NCBI GenBank assembly: GCA_035388785.1
Contig: DAOOQN010000003.1
Coordinates: forward strand, 16,497 to 80,496
Reading direction: 5' to 3'
Source of the DNA: a bacterium
GTDB taxonomy: Bacteria > Patescibacteriota > Patescibacteriia > UBA2196
DNA length: 64,000 nucleotides
Positions 8,534 through 18,074 of this stretch are shown here, piece by piece. The position numbers were made by a program, and so were the translations under genes. The notes under the pieces were generated by a model. It had not been told where the DNA came from, did no database searches, and was given only the letters and a program-made list of their open reading frames with translations. Positions within the stretch are counted from its first letter, which is position 1, and every line of letters starts with the position of its first letter.

Positions 8534-10944
8534 ATATTTAACAGCTGTGCTAATTCAGCAAAAAGATTTTCTTCAGCATAGGACTGGTCAAATGACCTGA
8601 CATTATGAGAACCAATTTCTGTGGTAGCACAAAGCAAATTACCCAGCCTATCTCCAGACCGCACCATTTTTTCATCTTGATATTTATTTCGCCCAAGATC
8701 TAGAGAAATACGAGCTGATTCTTCTCGAGTATCACGGTCAATGCGAATGGAAAATTCGCTTTTTTGTTTTTTTGATTTTTGACCTGCATAAGCGACATCT
8801 TGAGCGAAAAAATTTTTCATTTTTTTATCTTCTTTTTTTATTCCATCACCTTCAAAAGCAAGAGTAAACGCCACACGGGCTTCACCGCGAGCACTGGCTT
8901 GGGGCCGAATAAAATAACGCAAGCGATACTGTTTGGTCGTCTTTTTGTCCTCCACTAAATATTGGTAATTATATTCTTGTTCATCTCCTACATTTTGTTC
9001 CTGTTGAAAATTGTAAATATTTTGGCTATTAAAATCAGAGATAATGGAAAGAAAAAGTCGCATCGCTTGTAAAGAAGTAGTTACATCTTCAAAATTAAAT
9101 TCTGTATTCTTTTCGTTTAATAGATGGTGAGTACTCAAGAAAAGATCAGCACTGCGCCGACGAATGGCTTCTTCTAGTTGCACTGGAAATTGGCGCATTT
9201 CCACGCGCTGGCTTTGTTCAAATTTTAATGCCATAGATCCACTCATTCTTTGGATTTCATCCAAAGTCAAATTATATTCACTAAATAAAGCCTGGGCATC
9301 TTTCTTGGACAACCGGTCAGCTATATCTAAAATTATACTACCGTTGCTAAAACCATTTTCTAAAGCCAAAAAAGTCCTAATACCTTGTTCGCTAAAATCT
9401 GAAGCAAATTTTTTTATCCGATTTTTTTCTCCCAGACTTGCCCTTTTATAATAAACCACAAACCAGCCTTGTTCGTGACGAGAAAGATTGGTGAGATCGA
9501 CACCGGTTTCTTTAAAAGCTATATCAATAATTTCATACAAAGATGACTTATATTCGGCTAAAATTTTTTCTCTTTCCGTTCGTTCGGCCGGTGTCTCGTC
9601 AAAACGAGAAATAAAAAGATGTTCATAAGTGAAATCCAACACTTTAGCTTTGGCTTTTTTTTCTGGTTCTGATAGACCTTCCAATTTAAAAAATTTAATC
9701 AGTTCTCTTTCTTGATTAAAAATACCAATTTCACCATCACAAGAGATCCGGCGTGCATGATAAGCCGGGTTGTTTAACGTTTCCAGATCATACCTCTTTT
9801 CTAAATATTTTACCCCTTGTTCTGAAATTCCAATTCGACCAAATTCTAGACGATACAAAACCGCTGAAGCATCCCGTCGAGTAAACTCATTAGTTGATTT
9901 TAATAAGCCTAGTAGCCCACCAACTGCTCGTTCTGGTGAAGCTTGATTAATGATATCACTAATTTGTCTTAAAAAAAGACTAGCATTTTCGTCGTTAACT
10001 ATAAAATTAATCAAATTACCAATCACTTTCTCATCTTTTGTACCAGTAATAACATCCAGCAAATCACGCTTACTCATTGATCCAAAATCAAAATCGATTG
10101 TATCAGAATCAAAATTAATGTTTGTCTTTTCTGTGTTTTGAGCTAAATATCTACGTGTTTCTTCAAACTCCGGAAGATATTGTTCGTCTGTTTCTATTTC
10201 TTTACCATCCGTATCATCAACTGACAGTAACATCTGATAATTTTCTTCATCCAAAATATCTTCCTTTTTTTCTTGTGTTCGTCGTTGATCTAAACTTTTG
10301 GGTTTTAAAGAATAAAAAGCAATAATTTTTTTATCCCAATTAGCTAACATTAAAGAAATAAATTCAGCCGCCCGAGGATTTTTGGTTTTTAATATAGCCC
10401 TTGCAATCTTATAATAATAGGAAGAAACATTGTTTTCATCATTATCTGACAAATCTATCGAGGTTAAAACAGCGTTCGAAATTTTATCTTCTGTAAAAAG
10501 AGATAAAAGATAAAAAGCATTTTCTTCTTTTGTTGCAATTTTTTCCAAACATTTGTCAAAAAAAACACTGGCAAATCCATCCAATTCAAAACTATCATCT
10601 TGTGTAAATTTATAATCAATTATAAAGTCATTGAGTTGAATATAAAAATCAGTGGTTAAGTTATTTTTTTCTTGCTCAATTTTTTCCAGTCGCTCAAAAG
10701 CCATCATCCATTGGTTGTTTTTTAACAGATTAGTAATTTCCAAAAAAACCAAATTTTCTTCCTCCATTTTTTTCTCTTCATCCTCTTGGTTTGTTGACAT
10801 TTCTGTCGTCACAACTGGATCATCATAATCAATAGAAGTACCTTTAACCAAAGCAGCTATCTTTCTAGATTTTTGAGGTCTAGTTTCAGCAAACCGATCT
10901 TGATGTTGTTTAAGCAATGACGCAAATCTTTCTCGACTGCTCAT
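8497..10944 (-). CDS. large hypothetical protein, 815 aa, acidic; has a HEAT/armadillo-like repeat stretch but no catalytic motif recognised
   Basis: Uninterrupted 2.4-kb ORF with host-like codon composition. Segment VIGNLINFIVND...AVGGLLGLLKSTNEFTRRDASAVLYRL resembles HEAT repeats. Converges on the TrmB gene with a 37-nt 3-prime overlap. Confidence 0.6.
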   Translation of the reverse strand: MSSRERFASLLKQHQDRFAETRPQKSRKIAALVKGTSIDYDDPVVTTEMSTNQEDEEKKMEEENLVFLEITNLLKNNQWMMAFERLEKIEQEKNNLTTDFYIQLNDFIIDYKFTQDDSFELDGFASVFFDKCLEKIATKEENAFYLLSLFTEDKISNAVLTSIDLSDNDENNVSSYYYKIARAILKTKNPRAAEFISLMLANWDKKIIAFYSLKPKSLDQRRTQEKKEDILDEENYQMLLSVDDTDGKEIETDEQYLPEFEETRRYLAQNTEKTNINFDSDTIDFDFGSMSKRDLLDVITGTKDEKVIGNLINFIVNDENASLFLRQISDIINQASPERAVGGLLGLLKSTNEFTRRDASAVLYRLEFGRIGISEQGVKYLEKRYDLETLNNPAYHARRISCDGEIGIFNQERELIKFFKLEGLSEPEKKAKAKVLDFTYEHLFISRFDETPAERTEREKILAEYKSSLYEIIDIAFKETGVDLTNLSRHEQGWFVVYYKRASLGEKNRIKKFASDFSEQGIRTFLALENGFSNGSIILDIADRLSKKDAQALFSEYNLTLDEIQRMSGSMALKFEQSQRVEMRQFPVQLEEAIRRRSADLFLSTHHLLNEKNTEFNFEDVTTSLQAMRLFLSIISDFNSQNIYNFQQEQNVGDEQEYNYQYLVEDKKTTKQYRLRYFIRPQASARGEARVAFTLAFEGDGIKKEDKKMKNFFAQDVAYAGQKSKKQKSEFSIRIDRDTREESARISLDLGRNKYQDEKMVRSGDRLGNLLCATTEIGSHNVRSFDQSYAEENLFAELAQLLNIYLVGKDVGSVE

Positions 10945-11028
10945 ATAATTATAGATATTAATTTTATTATTATTTCCTTCATCTTATGCATCTTTATCTT
11001 ATACTTTCCTTTCAAAAATTACAAACTA

Positions 11029-11062
11029 AAAATCCGCCTCGTGTAAGAGGCGGATTAAATTT
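11029..11062 (-). terminator. rho-independent terminator downstream of efp: AATCCGCCTC-N6-GAGGCGGATT plus T-run on the minus strand
   Basis: Read directly from the sequence. Confidence 0.6.
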
Positions 11063-11064
11063 TA

Positions 11065-11628
11065 TTAAATATTAACCCTTTCCACATATTCACCTGTTTC
11101 AGTATTAATTTTAACTGTCTCACCTTCGCTGATAAACAATGGTGCATTAATTACAGCACCAGTTTCTAAAGTCACCGCTTTGACACCACCTGTAGCAGTA
11201 TCGCCCTTAATACCGGGGGGTGCGGAAACTACTTTTAAGTTAACCTTGGGTGGCAATTGCACACCAATTACCCGTTCTTCATAAACCACCAGATCAACCT
11301 CTTGCGATTCTTTTAAAAATTTAGCGCCATCACCCACTAACTCTGGCTCAAGATAATACTGCTCATAATTTTCCTGCTCCATAAAACAAAACTTGTCCTT
11401 CTCTTTATATAAAAAATTAGCACGTTGTCTGGCTATGTCGGCTAATTCTACGTTTTCACCTTGTTTAAAACTGTATTCCATTACTTGGCCGGTGCGTACA
11501 TTTTTTAGCTTAGTCTGCATAACTGGCTTTCTTTGCTGCATACGCAAAAACTTGGCATCCACCACCACAAAGGGATCATTGTTGTATTTTATAACAATAC
11601 CTTTTTTAATATCTGTTAAAGAAGACAT
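11065..11628 (-). CDS. efp: elongation factor P
   Basis: Full-length similarity to EF-P recognised by eye (KGIVIKYNNDPFVVVD..., three OB-like domains), 187 aa. Confidence 0.9.
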   Translation of the reverse strand: MSSLTDIKKGIVIKYNNDPFVVVDAKFLRMQQRKPVMQTKLKNVRTGQVMEYSFKQGENVELADIARQRANFLYKEKDKFCFMEQENYEQYYLEPELVGDGAKFLKESQEVDLVVYEERVIGVQLPPKVNLKVVSAPPGIKGDTATGGVKAVTLETGAVINAPLFISEGETVKINTETGEYVERVNI

Positions 11629-11633
11629 GCAGT

Positions 11634-11855
11634 TTATTGTTTTATAAAGGGCATCAAACCCATGACCCGCGCACGTTTAATAGCCCGTGCCACCTGACGT
11701 TGATGTTTGGCACATAGACCGGTGCTGCGAGCTGGCACAATACGTGCGTAATGTGAAAAAAATCTTTGTAAATTTTGTGTGTCCTGCCAATCGACTGCTA
11801 CATCACCATTAGCACAATAATAACAATGTTTTTCAATTTGGTTGTTGTTGATCAT
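11634..11855 (-). CDS. rpsR: 30S ribosomal protein S18
   Basis: CYYC...TGLCAKHQRQVARAIKRARVMGL is the S18 signature. Part of the S6-SSB-S18 arrangement. Confidence 0.9.
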   Translation of the reverse strand: MINNNQIEKHCYYCANGDVAVDWQDTQNLQRFFSHYARIVPARSTGLCAKHQRQVARAIKRARVMGLMPFIKQ

Positions 11856-11869
11856 AAAATGTTAGATAT

Positions 11870-12400
<531 letters not shown>

Positions 12401-12403
12401 TTA

Positions 12404-12871
12404 TTAAATTGATTCTTCTTCAAGAATTTCGTCCAATTTTTTATCCAAGTCTTCCATGCTTATTTTTTTGCTGGCTTCTTTTACAGGGGGTTTTTCCGGT
12501 TGCACGGACTCAAAGAGTGGCGCAAGTGGTTCTTTGTTTAACTCTTTTTTAATTTCTACTGGGCGCGAGATTGATTTAAGTTTAACTGGTTGTTGTTTTA
12601 AAATCTGAAAACGCATGATTTCTAGGTTCAACTTTAATTCCTTTTCCAGCTTTGGTAAAACTTTTTCGTCTAAAGAAAAAACAACGTCTACATAGACACC
12701 ATTTCTAATTTTTTTGATTACATAAGCCAAGCGTCGCCGGGCAGGTTCGCTCATTGAGATTAGTGTGCCACCCAAACTTTTTACTAACGCGCTGACTTTT
12801 TCATTAACTTCTTTGATTTGCTCATCCAAAAAAGTTCCTGATACCAAAACATTCAAAACGTAATTCGTCAT
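12404..12871 (-). CDS. rpsF: 30S ribosomal protein S6
   Basis: Position upstream of ssb-rpsR, S6-like N-terminal domain and acidic C-terminus. Confidence 0.8.
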   Translation of the reverse strand: MTNYVLNVLVSGTFLDEQIKEVNEKVSALVKSLGGTLISMSEPARRRLAYVIKKIRNGVYVDVVFSLDEKVLPKLEKELKLNLEIMRFQILKQQPVKLKSISRPVEIKKELNKEPLAPLFESVQPEKPPVKEASKKISMEDLDKKLDEILEEESI

Positions 12872-12939
12872 ATTCCAAAATTTCTATTAATTTTAATTAA
12901 TCACATCTTAACACATCCTTTTTGATTTGGCAAGGATTT

Positions 12940-14007
12940 TTAGGTGCTCACTCTAAAGTAAATAGTGTCACCATCCTGGATCACATAATCTTTCCCCTCC
13001 AAACGCATTAAACCCTTTTCTTTGACACCAACTTCACCACCATAAGTGACAAAATCTTGCCAGGCACAAATTTCGGCCCGAATAAAACCCTTAATAAAGT
13101 CTGTGTGAATGACCCCAGCTGCCTCCGGCGCCTTGGTACCGCGACAAACTGTCCAGGCACGTGTCTCCTTTGGACCAGAGGTCAAAAAAGTTATCAAATT
13201 TAAAATACGATAACTTTCTATAATAAGTTTATCCAAGCCAGTGGAACTGATATTTAGTTCTTTCAAATAATCAGCCACATCTGCGGCTGGTAAATCAGCC
13301 AATTCCGCCTCCAGTTTGGCGTTAATTTTTATAACCTGACTGCCGAATTTTTGTTCCAGCACCGCGGACTGGCAGTTTTCATCAACATTCAAAACAAAAA
13401 TGAGTGGTTTGGTGGTGAGTAGATTTAATTCTTTGATAACTTTTTTGTCATCAACACTGCACATAAATTCGCGGGCTAAGTTACCTTGTTCTAGGTGCGC
13501 TTTTAGACCTTCAAACAAAAGCATATTTTTCTGAATTTCCTTATTACCAGACTTAACTTCTTTATGTAGACTGGCCATTTTTTTATTAGCTGTCTCCAAG
13601 TCAGCCATGACTAATTCCAGACTAATGATATCGCGATCACGTTCTGGATCCACCGTGCCCTCCACATGAATGATATTTTTGTCAGCAAAATCACGCACCA
13701 CTTCAATGATGGCATCCACCTCACGAATATGCGCTAGAAATTGATTGCCCAAACCCTCGCCCTTGTGAGCATTTTTGACCAAACCAGCAATATCCACAAA
13801 TTCAATGGTGGTAGGAATTATTTCTTGTGAATGTGAAATGAGCGCCAATTTTTCTAGACGCGTGTCTGGAACGGCGACCACCCCCACATTGGGATCAATG
13901 GTACAAAAAGGATAATTGGCCACGTCAACTTGTTTTTTGGTCAAAGCTTTAAAAAGTGTTGATTTGCCGACGTTGGGTAAACCAACAATACCAATTTGGA
14001 AAGACAT
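12940..14007 (-). CDS. ychF: ribosome-binding ATPase YchF (Obg-family GTPase)
   Basis: G1 motif GIVGLPNVGKSTLF, TGS-like C-terminal domain, 355 aa. Confidence 0.9.
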   Translation of the reverse strand: MSFQIGIVGLPNVGKSTLFKALTKKQVDVANYPFCTIDPNVGVVAVPDTRLEKLALISHSQEIIPTTIEFVDIAGLVKNAHKGEGLGNQFLAHIREVDAIIEVVRDFADKNIIHVEGTVDPERDRDIISLELVMADLETANKKMASLHKEVKSGNKEIQKNMLLFEGLKAHLEQGNLAREFMCSVDDKKVIKELNLLTTKPLIFVLNVDENCQSAVLEQKFGSQVIKINAKLEAELADLPAADVADYLKELNISSTGLDKLIIESYRILNLITFLTSGPKETRAWTVCRGTKAPEAAGVIHTDFIKGFIRAEICAWQDFVTYGGEVGVKEKGLMRLEGKDYVIQDGDTIYFRVST

Positions 14008-14147
14008 AATTTTTAACTTTAAAAATACTGCGCTAATAAAAACTTATTACCATCTTTATCTTAGGTTAAAACATGTATTCTGGCAAGCAAAAACAAAACC
14101 GCTCCGATATGCATCGAAACGGTTTTGGGTGATATTGAAAAATTAAA

Positions 14148-14480
14148 TTAAATCTTCAAATCATCTACAGCCGAGGTATCAATGTTTTCTGTTCTTGATT
14201 CATCTTTGGGAGCTCGGTTTCTTTGTGAACCTTCTGGTTCAGCAATCTTTAAATTAACTCTGGCGTTGTTACGAGCGCCCACCACTCTAAGTAAAGTTCT
14301 TAAAGCTTGCGCGTTCTGCCCACGACGACCAATGACATAACCCATATCACTAGGATTAAGATTGAGTGTCAAAAGTACGCCCATTTCATCAACCGTGCGT
14401 TCCACTTTTACATCCTGTGGATTGTCCACGATTTGTTTGACAACAAATTCTACAAATTCTAAATCTTTATGATTTTCCAT
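14148..14480 (-). CDS. KH-domain RNA-binding protein (KhpA/YlqC-like)
   Basis: GYVIGRRGQNAQALRTLL is a KH GXXG-loop motif. 110 aa. Confidence 0.65.
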   Translation of the reverse strand: MENHKDLEFVEFVVKQIVDNPQDVKVERTVDEMGVLLTLNLNPSDMGYVIGRRGQNAQALRTLLRVVGARNNARVNLKIAEPEGSQRNRAPKDESRTENIDTSAVDDLKI

Positions 14481-14653
14481 ATTCAGTTTTGATTTATAAA
14501 TTTTATAACTAAAATTTATAAATTATTTGTCCAGTAACATAATCCGACCTTTTCAACAACTCTCTTTACTTAAAAAAATAAAAACGAGTTTTAATATAAA
14601 AAGCTTACTGGTTATTTTAAATTTAGCATTCCCAAATGCTTTTGTCAAACATT

Positions 14654-14737
14654 TGCCCGGGGCGGGGGTCGAACCCGCATGGTCTTGCGACCGCAGGATT
14701 TTAAGTCCTGAGTGTATACCAGTTTCACCACCCGGGC
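14654..14737 (-). tRNA. tRNA-Leu (anticodon UAA), long variable arm
   Basis: Manual cloverleaf: acceptor GCCCGGG/CCCGGGC, anticodon stem CAGGA/TCCTG, loop CTTAAAA, variable arm CGGTCGCAAGACCATG. CCA not encoded. Confidence 0.8.
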
Positions 14738-14826
14738 GGAATAGAAAAAATAACTTTATAAAAATAGTATAATTTTTTTTCATTCATCTGTCAAACAAAA
14801 AAACATCTTAACAGTAGATGATTTTT

Positions 14827-14901
14827 TGGAGCGGGTAACGGGAATCGCACCCGTTTCTCCACCTTGGCAAGGTGGCATAATAGCTGTTATACGATACCCG
14901 C
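14827..14901 (-). tRNA. tRNA-Gly (anticodon GCC), CCA encoded
   Basis: Manual cloverleaf: acceptor GCGGGTA/TACCCGC, anticodon stem CCACC/GGTGG, loop TTGCCAA, discriminator U. The T-loop reads TGCGATT (G at position 55, unusual). Confidence 0.75.
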
Positions 14902-15150
14902 AAGTGTGCTATACAGTTGTTTTTTTATAACTTCTCGGCCACGACCTGATTTTAAAAATATTTCTCTAACTCTTGCATCGTGCTCATTAATATAACTTTC
15001 AGCATATAGTAATTTTATAGGCCCTCGTTCCCTGGTTGTCTTTGTTTTGCCACCGTTATGATACTGAAGCCTTTGTCTTAAATCTGTGGTAAAGCCAACA
15101 TATAGACTATTATTCTTCTGACACAATAAAATGTAAACGTAAAAAAACAT
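14887..15150 (-). CDS. GIY-YIG nuclease family protein (small YhbQ/UPF0213-like), 87 aa
   Basis: YVYILLC...YVGFTTDLRQRLQYHN is a GIY-YIG motif. Its 5-prime end overlaps the tRNA-Gly 5-prime end by 15 nt as annotated. Sits between two tRNA-Gly-derived copies. Confidence 0.7.
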   Translation of the reverse strand: MFFYVYILLCQKNNSLYVGFTTDLRQRLQYHNGGKTKTTRERGPIKLLYAESYINEHDARVREIFLKSGRGREVIKKQLYSTLAGIV

Positions 15151-15163
15151 ACCATTCTATTTT

Positions 15164-15258
15164 TGGGCGGGTAATCCGCCGAATCGGCGGATTTCTCCAC
15201 CTTGCCTGTCCGCCTTTGGAGGAGCAAGGTGGCATAATAGCTGTTATACGATACCCGC
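15164..15258 (-). tRNA. tRNA-Gly-like duplicate with a 19-nt insertion between anticodon nucleotides 35 and 36 and a divergent T-arm and acceptor 3-prime strand; probable pseudo-tRNA
   Basis: Matches tRNA-Gly(GCC) from the 5-prime end through CCACCTTGC. It then carries TCCTCCAAAGGCGGACAGG before CAAGGTGGAGAAA, followed by a different T-arm CCGCCGATTCGGCGG. The 36-nt run caaggtggcataatagctgttatacgatacccgcaa is shared with 14866-14903. Confidence 0.5.
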
Positions 15259-15379
15259 AAAAAATATTTATAATAACATATTAACAAAACTGTTTTCTTC
15301 TGTCAAAAATAAAAAGAGGTGCACGCTTGACGTGCCACCTCTTGGAGGCTATAACTTAATTTATAAAAAAGTAGTCAAA

Positions 15380-15634
15380 TTAATTGACTACATCGATTTT
15401 GACAAACTTATCTGGAATAGTAAAACCACTTAAAATTTCAACTTGATATTTTTTGACTTTAAAATATTCAGCCAAAACTTCACACACCTTTTCATTGGCC
15501 CGTCCGTGTTCGGCTGCGGGAATAACTTTAACTTTATAATGCCCGCTATCAAGTTTAACCACTTGATTAATTTTTGATCTTGGAATTACTTTTATTTGTA
15601 TTGTCATGCTGTTTAAAAATAAATTAGGCGTCAC
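15380..15634 (-). CDS. DUF167/YggU-family protein
   Basis: IKVIPRSK...VKVIPAAEHGRANEKVCEVLAEYFKV matches the YggU (UPF0235) pattern. 84 aa. Confidence 0.65.
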   Translation of the reverse strand: MTPNLFLNSMTIQIKVIPRSKINQVVKLDSGHYKVKVIPAAEHGRANEKVCEVLAEYFKVKKYQVEILSGFTIPDKFVKIDVVN

Positions 15635-16466
15635 GCATCTTTTTAAGCCACATGATGTCTTTAAGCATGCCGGCTTCGGTTGGAGTTTCTAAAATATAGT
15701 TAATTTTTTGTAGTCGTTTATCTTCTATTAAAGCTTTAAAACCAGCCAGGCCAATTTGACCATCACCCAAATGCGCGTGCCGATCAGTGTGCGAGCTCAA
15801 CCCAGCTTTGGAATCATTCAGATGAATAAGTTTTAGTTTTTTTAAACCAATTGTTTTATCAAATAAATTCAAGACCTGGCTGACTGCCTTTTTGTCGCGT
15901 AAATCATAGCCTGAGGCAAAAGCGTGCGCTGTGTCAAAACAGATACCAATTTTTTTGCTGGCTGCCAAATTAATATTATCTAAAATTAATTTTATTTCTT
16001 CAAAGCTATCACCCATAATTTTTCCAGCCCCGGCCGAAATTTCAATTAAAAATTCTGTTTTACCACCGTAGCCAGTTAAAATCTTTTCTATACCCTGGGC
16101 TACCTTTTTTATGGCTAGCGTGGTTTCCATTTCTTTAGCCGAACCCAGGTGGGTCATTAAATATTGCGCGCCCAAAACAGAGCCGCGCTCTAGCTCCTCT
16201 TTTAAAACACCGACGGAGCCATAATAAATTTTATTATCCAAAGAAGCCAGATTGATATAATAGGGCGCGTGAATATAAAAATCTTTAAAATTATATTTTT
16301 TATTATTGGCTTTAAATTTTTGAATTACCTCGGTCGTTAACTCTGGAGCTTTGCCACCCTGCGGTGAACGAGAAAAAAACTGATAGCATTCACACAAAAA
16401 TTTATGCGCATTAAGCGGCGCTTTATCAACTCCGCCAGCAGCTGAAATATGGGTTCCAAAAAGCAT
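15624..16466 (-). CDS. nfo: endonuclease IV (AP endonuclease, TIM barrel)
   Basis: MLFGTHISAAGG...HAPYYINL...HLND motifs. Start taken at the internal Met of ORF 15624..16517. Confidence 0.85.
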   Translation of the reverse strand: MLFGTHISAAGGVDKAPLNAHKFLCECYQFFSRSPQGGKAPELTTEVIQKFKANNKKYNFKDFYIHAPYYINLASLDNKIYYGSVGVLKEELERGSVLGAQYLMTHLGSAKEMETTLAIKKVAQGIEKILTGYGGKTEFLIEISAGAGKIMGDSFEEIKLILDNINLAASKKIGICFDTAHAFASGYDLRDKKAVSQVLNLFDKTIGLKKLKLIHLNDSKAGLSSHTDRHAHLGDGQIGLAGFKALIEDKRLQKINYILETPTEAGMLKDIMWLKKMRDA

Positions 16467-16519
16467 AAAATTATTCTTATTTATTTTAATTTTAACAAAC
16501 TTTCTGGCTTTAAACAAAT

Positions 16520-16558
16520 AAAAACACTCCCCTGATTTTAACTTGGGGAGTGTTTTTA
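16520..16558. terminator. bidirectional terminator: AACACTCCCC-N12-GGGGAGTGTT flanked by A and T runs
   Basis: Read directly. Lies downstream of nusA on the minus strand. Confidence 0.55.
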
Positions 16559-16579
16559 AAATGATTTAAAATTTATTAT

Positions 16580-17911
16580 TTATTCCAAGACCTCATCTTT
16601 AAACGCTTCAACAACTGGCTGTTCCTCGATGGTTTGTTCTTCTGGCGCAATTGGTGATTTTTCATCGACTACGGTTTCTGAATTCTCAACCACTGTGTCA
16701 GCCACAGTTTCGCTTGATTCTGCTAAACCACCATCAGCCACAATATCAATCCGCCAGCCGGTCAGTTTGGCTGCCAAACGCACGTTTTGACCAGCCTTAC
16801 CAATGGCCAAAGAATATTGATCCTCTTTGACCGTGGCTTTGGCTACGTGGTTTTCTTCATCCAACTCAACATTGGTAATTTTTGCCGGCGATAAGGCTTT
16901 ACTAATAAAATCTTTAAAGTCTTCGTGCCATTCAATGATGTCCACCTTTTCTCCACCCAATTCATTGATAATGGTTTGAACTCTGGTCCCGCGCTGGCCA
17001 ACACAAGCGCCAATTGGATCTACGCCTTCGTCTTTTGACCAGACAGCCACCTTGGAGCGTGAACCAGCCTCGCGCGCCACAGATTTAATTTGTACAGTTC
17101 CATTGCCAATTTCTGGAACTTCCAATTTAAAAAGTTTACGGACCATTTCAGCTGCTGAACGGGAGACAATAACTTCCGGACCTTTTTGTGTCTGTTCCAC
17201 AGCTCTTAAATAAAATTTAAATCGCGCGCCAGGTTTATAATTTTCTCTTTCCACCTGATCTTGCGGTGGCATAATACCCATAGCGCTACCCAAATCAACC
17301 AAAACCACCCGTCCTTCGCGCCGTTGAATAGTACCGTTAATCAATTCGCCTTGTTTATCTTTAAATTCACTAAAGACATTATCTCTTTCTGCTTCACGTA
17401 TCTTTTGAATAATCACCTGCTTGGCAGTCTGAGCGGCCATACGACCAAATTCAGCTGGTACCACCAGCTCTTGCACCAATTCTTCACCTATAGCAATGGT
17501 GAGTTGAATAGCCTGAGCTTCAGATAAAGAAACCATGGTGCGAGGATTAAATCTTTTTTCTTCCTCTGCGCCTTCTGCAATTTCTTCGCTTTCTTTTTTC
17601 ATTTCACTTAATGTTTTACTTAAAAGTTCGTGATTACCAGTCCGTTCGGCCTCAGCTTTTAAAGATTCTATGCGTTCGCGCATAACATCATATTCAGCTT
17701 TTAATTCATCTTCAACTACAGTTTTTATATCATAAACTTTAAATAAACCACTTTCCAAATTAAAATTGACTTTTAAATTTTGTAATTTATTACCAAAATC
17801 TTTACGAAAAGCCGAAGCTAAAGCCGCTTCAATGGTTTGTTTGACAGCTTCGATGGATAATTTTTTTTCTTCACAAACTTGCTGTATGGCAAGCGCTAAT
17901 TCACTGGGCAT
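16580..17911 (-). CDS. nusA: transcription termination/antitermination factor NusA
   Basis: N-terminal domain, S1 and two KH domains recognisable. Acidic C-terminal extension. 443 aa. Confidence 0.9.
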   Translation of the reverse strand: MPSELALAIQQVCEEKKLSIEAVKQTIEAALASAFRKDFGNKLQNLKVNFNLESGLFKVYDIKTVVEDELKAEYDVMRERIESLKAEAERTGNHELLSKTLSEMKKESEEIAEGAEEEKRFNPRTMVSLSEAQAIQLTIAIGEELVQELVVPAEFGRMAAQTAKQVIIQKIREAERDNVFSEFKDKQGELINGTIQRREGRVVLVDLGSAMGIMPPQDQVERENYKPGARFKFYLRAVEQTQKGPEVIVSRSAAEMVRKLFKLEVPEIGNGTVQIKSVAREAGSRSKVAVWSKDEGVDPIGACVGQRGTRVQTIINELGGEKVDIIEWHEDFKDFISKALSPAKITNVELDEENHVAKATVKEDQYSLAIGKAGQNVRLAAKLTGWRIDIVADGGLAESSETVADTVVENSETVVDEKSPIAPEEQTIEEQPVVEAFKDEVLE

Positions 17912-18027
17912 AGTATTAATTTAATTTTATTTAATTTGAGCATTAAAAAGATGAAAACTCGGAAAACCAATCCCGAGTTTCAAACTTTATCTAGCATTAA
18001 ATTTATTATAGTCTAAAAAAAGAAAAA

Positions 18028-18058
18028 AGTCAAGCCCCTAACAATTTGTTAAGGGCTG
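18028..18058 (-). terminator. terminator hairpin downstream of the 18075..18731 ORF: AGCCCTTAACAA-ATT-GTTAGGGGCT plus T-run on the minus strand
   Basis: Read directly from the sequence. Confidence 0.5.
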
Positions 18059-18074
18059 AAACAAAGAAATATCG

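Noticed and set aside
15164-15258. Interpreting the 19-nt insertion in the second tRNA-Gly copy as a tRNA intron
   Set aside because: The only alignment-consistent insertion point is between anticodon nucleotides 35 and 36, not the canonical 37/38 site. The T-arm is also replaced. A pseudo-tRNA is more parsimonious.
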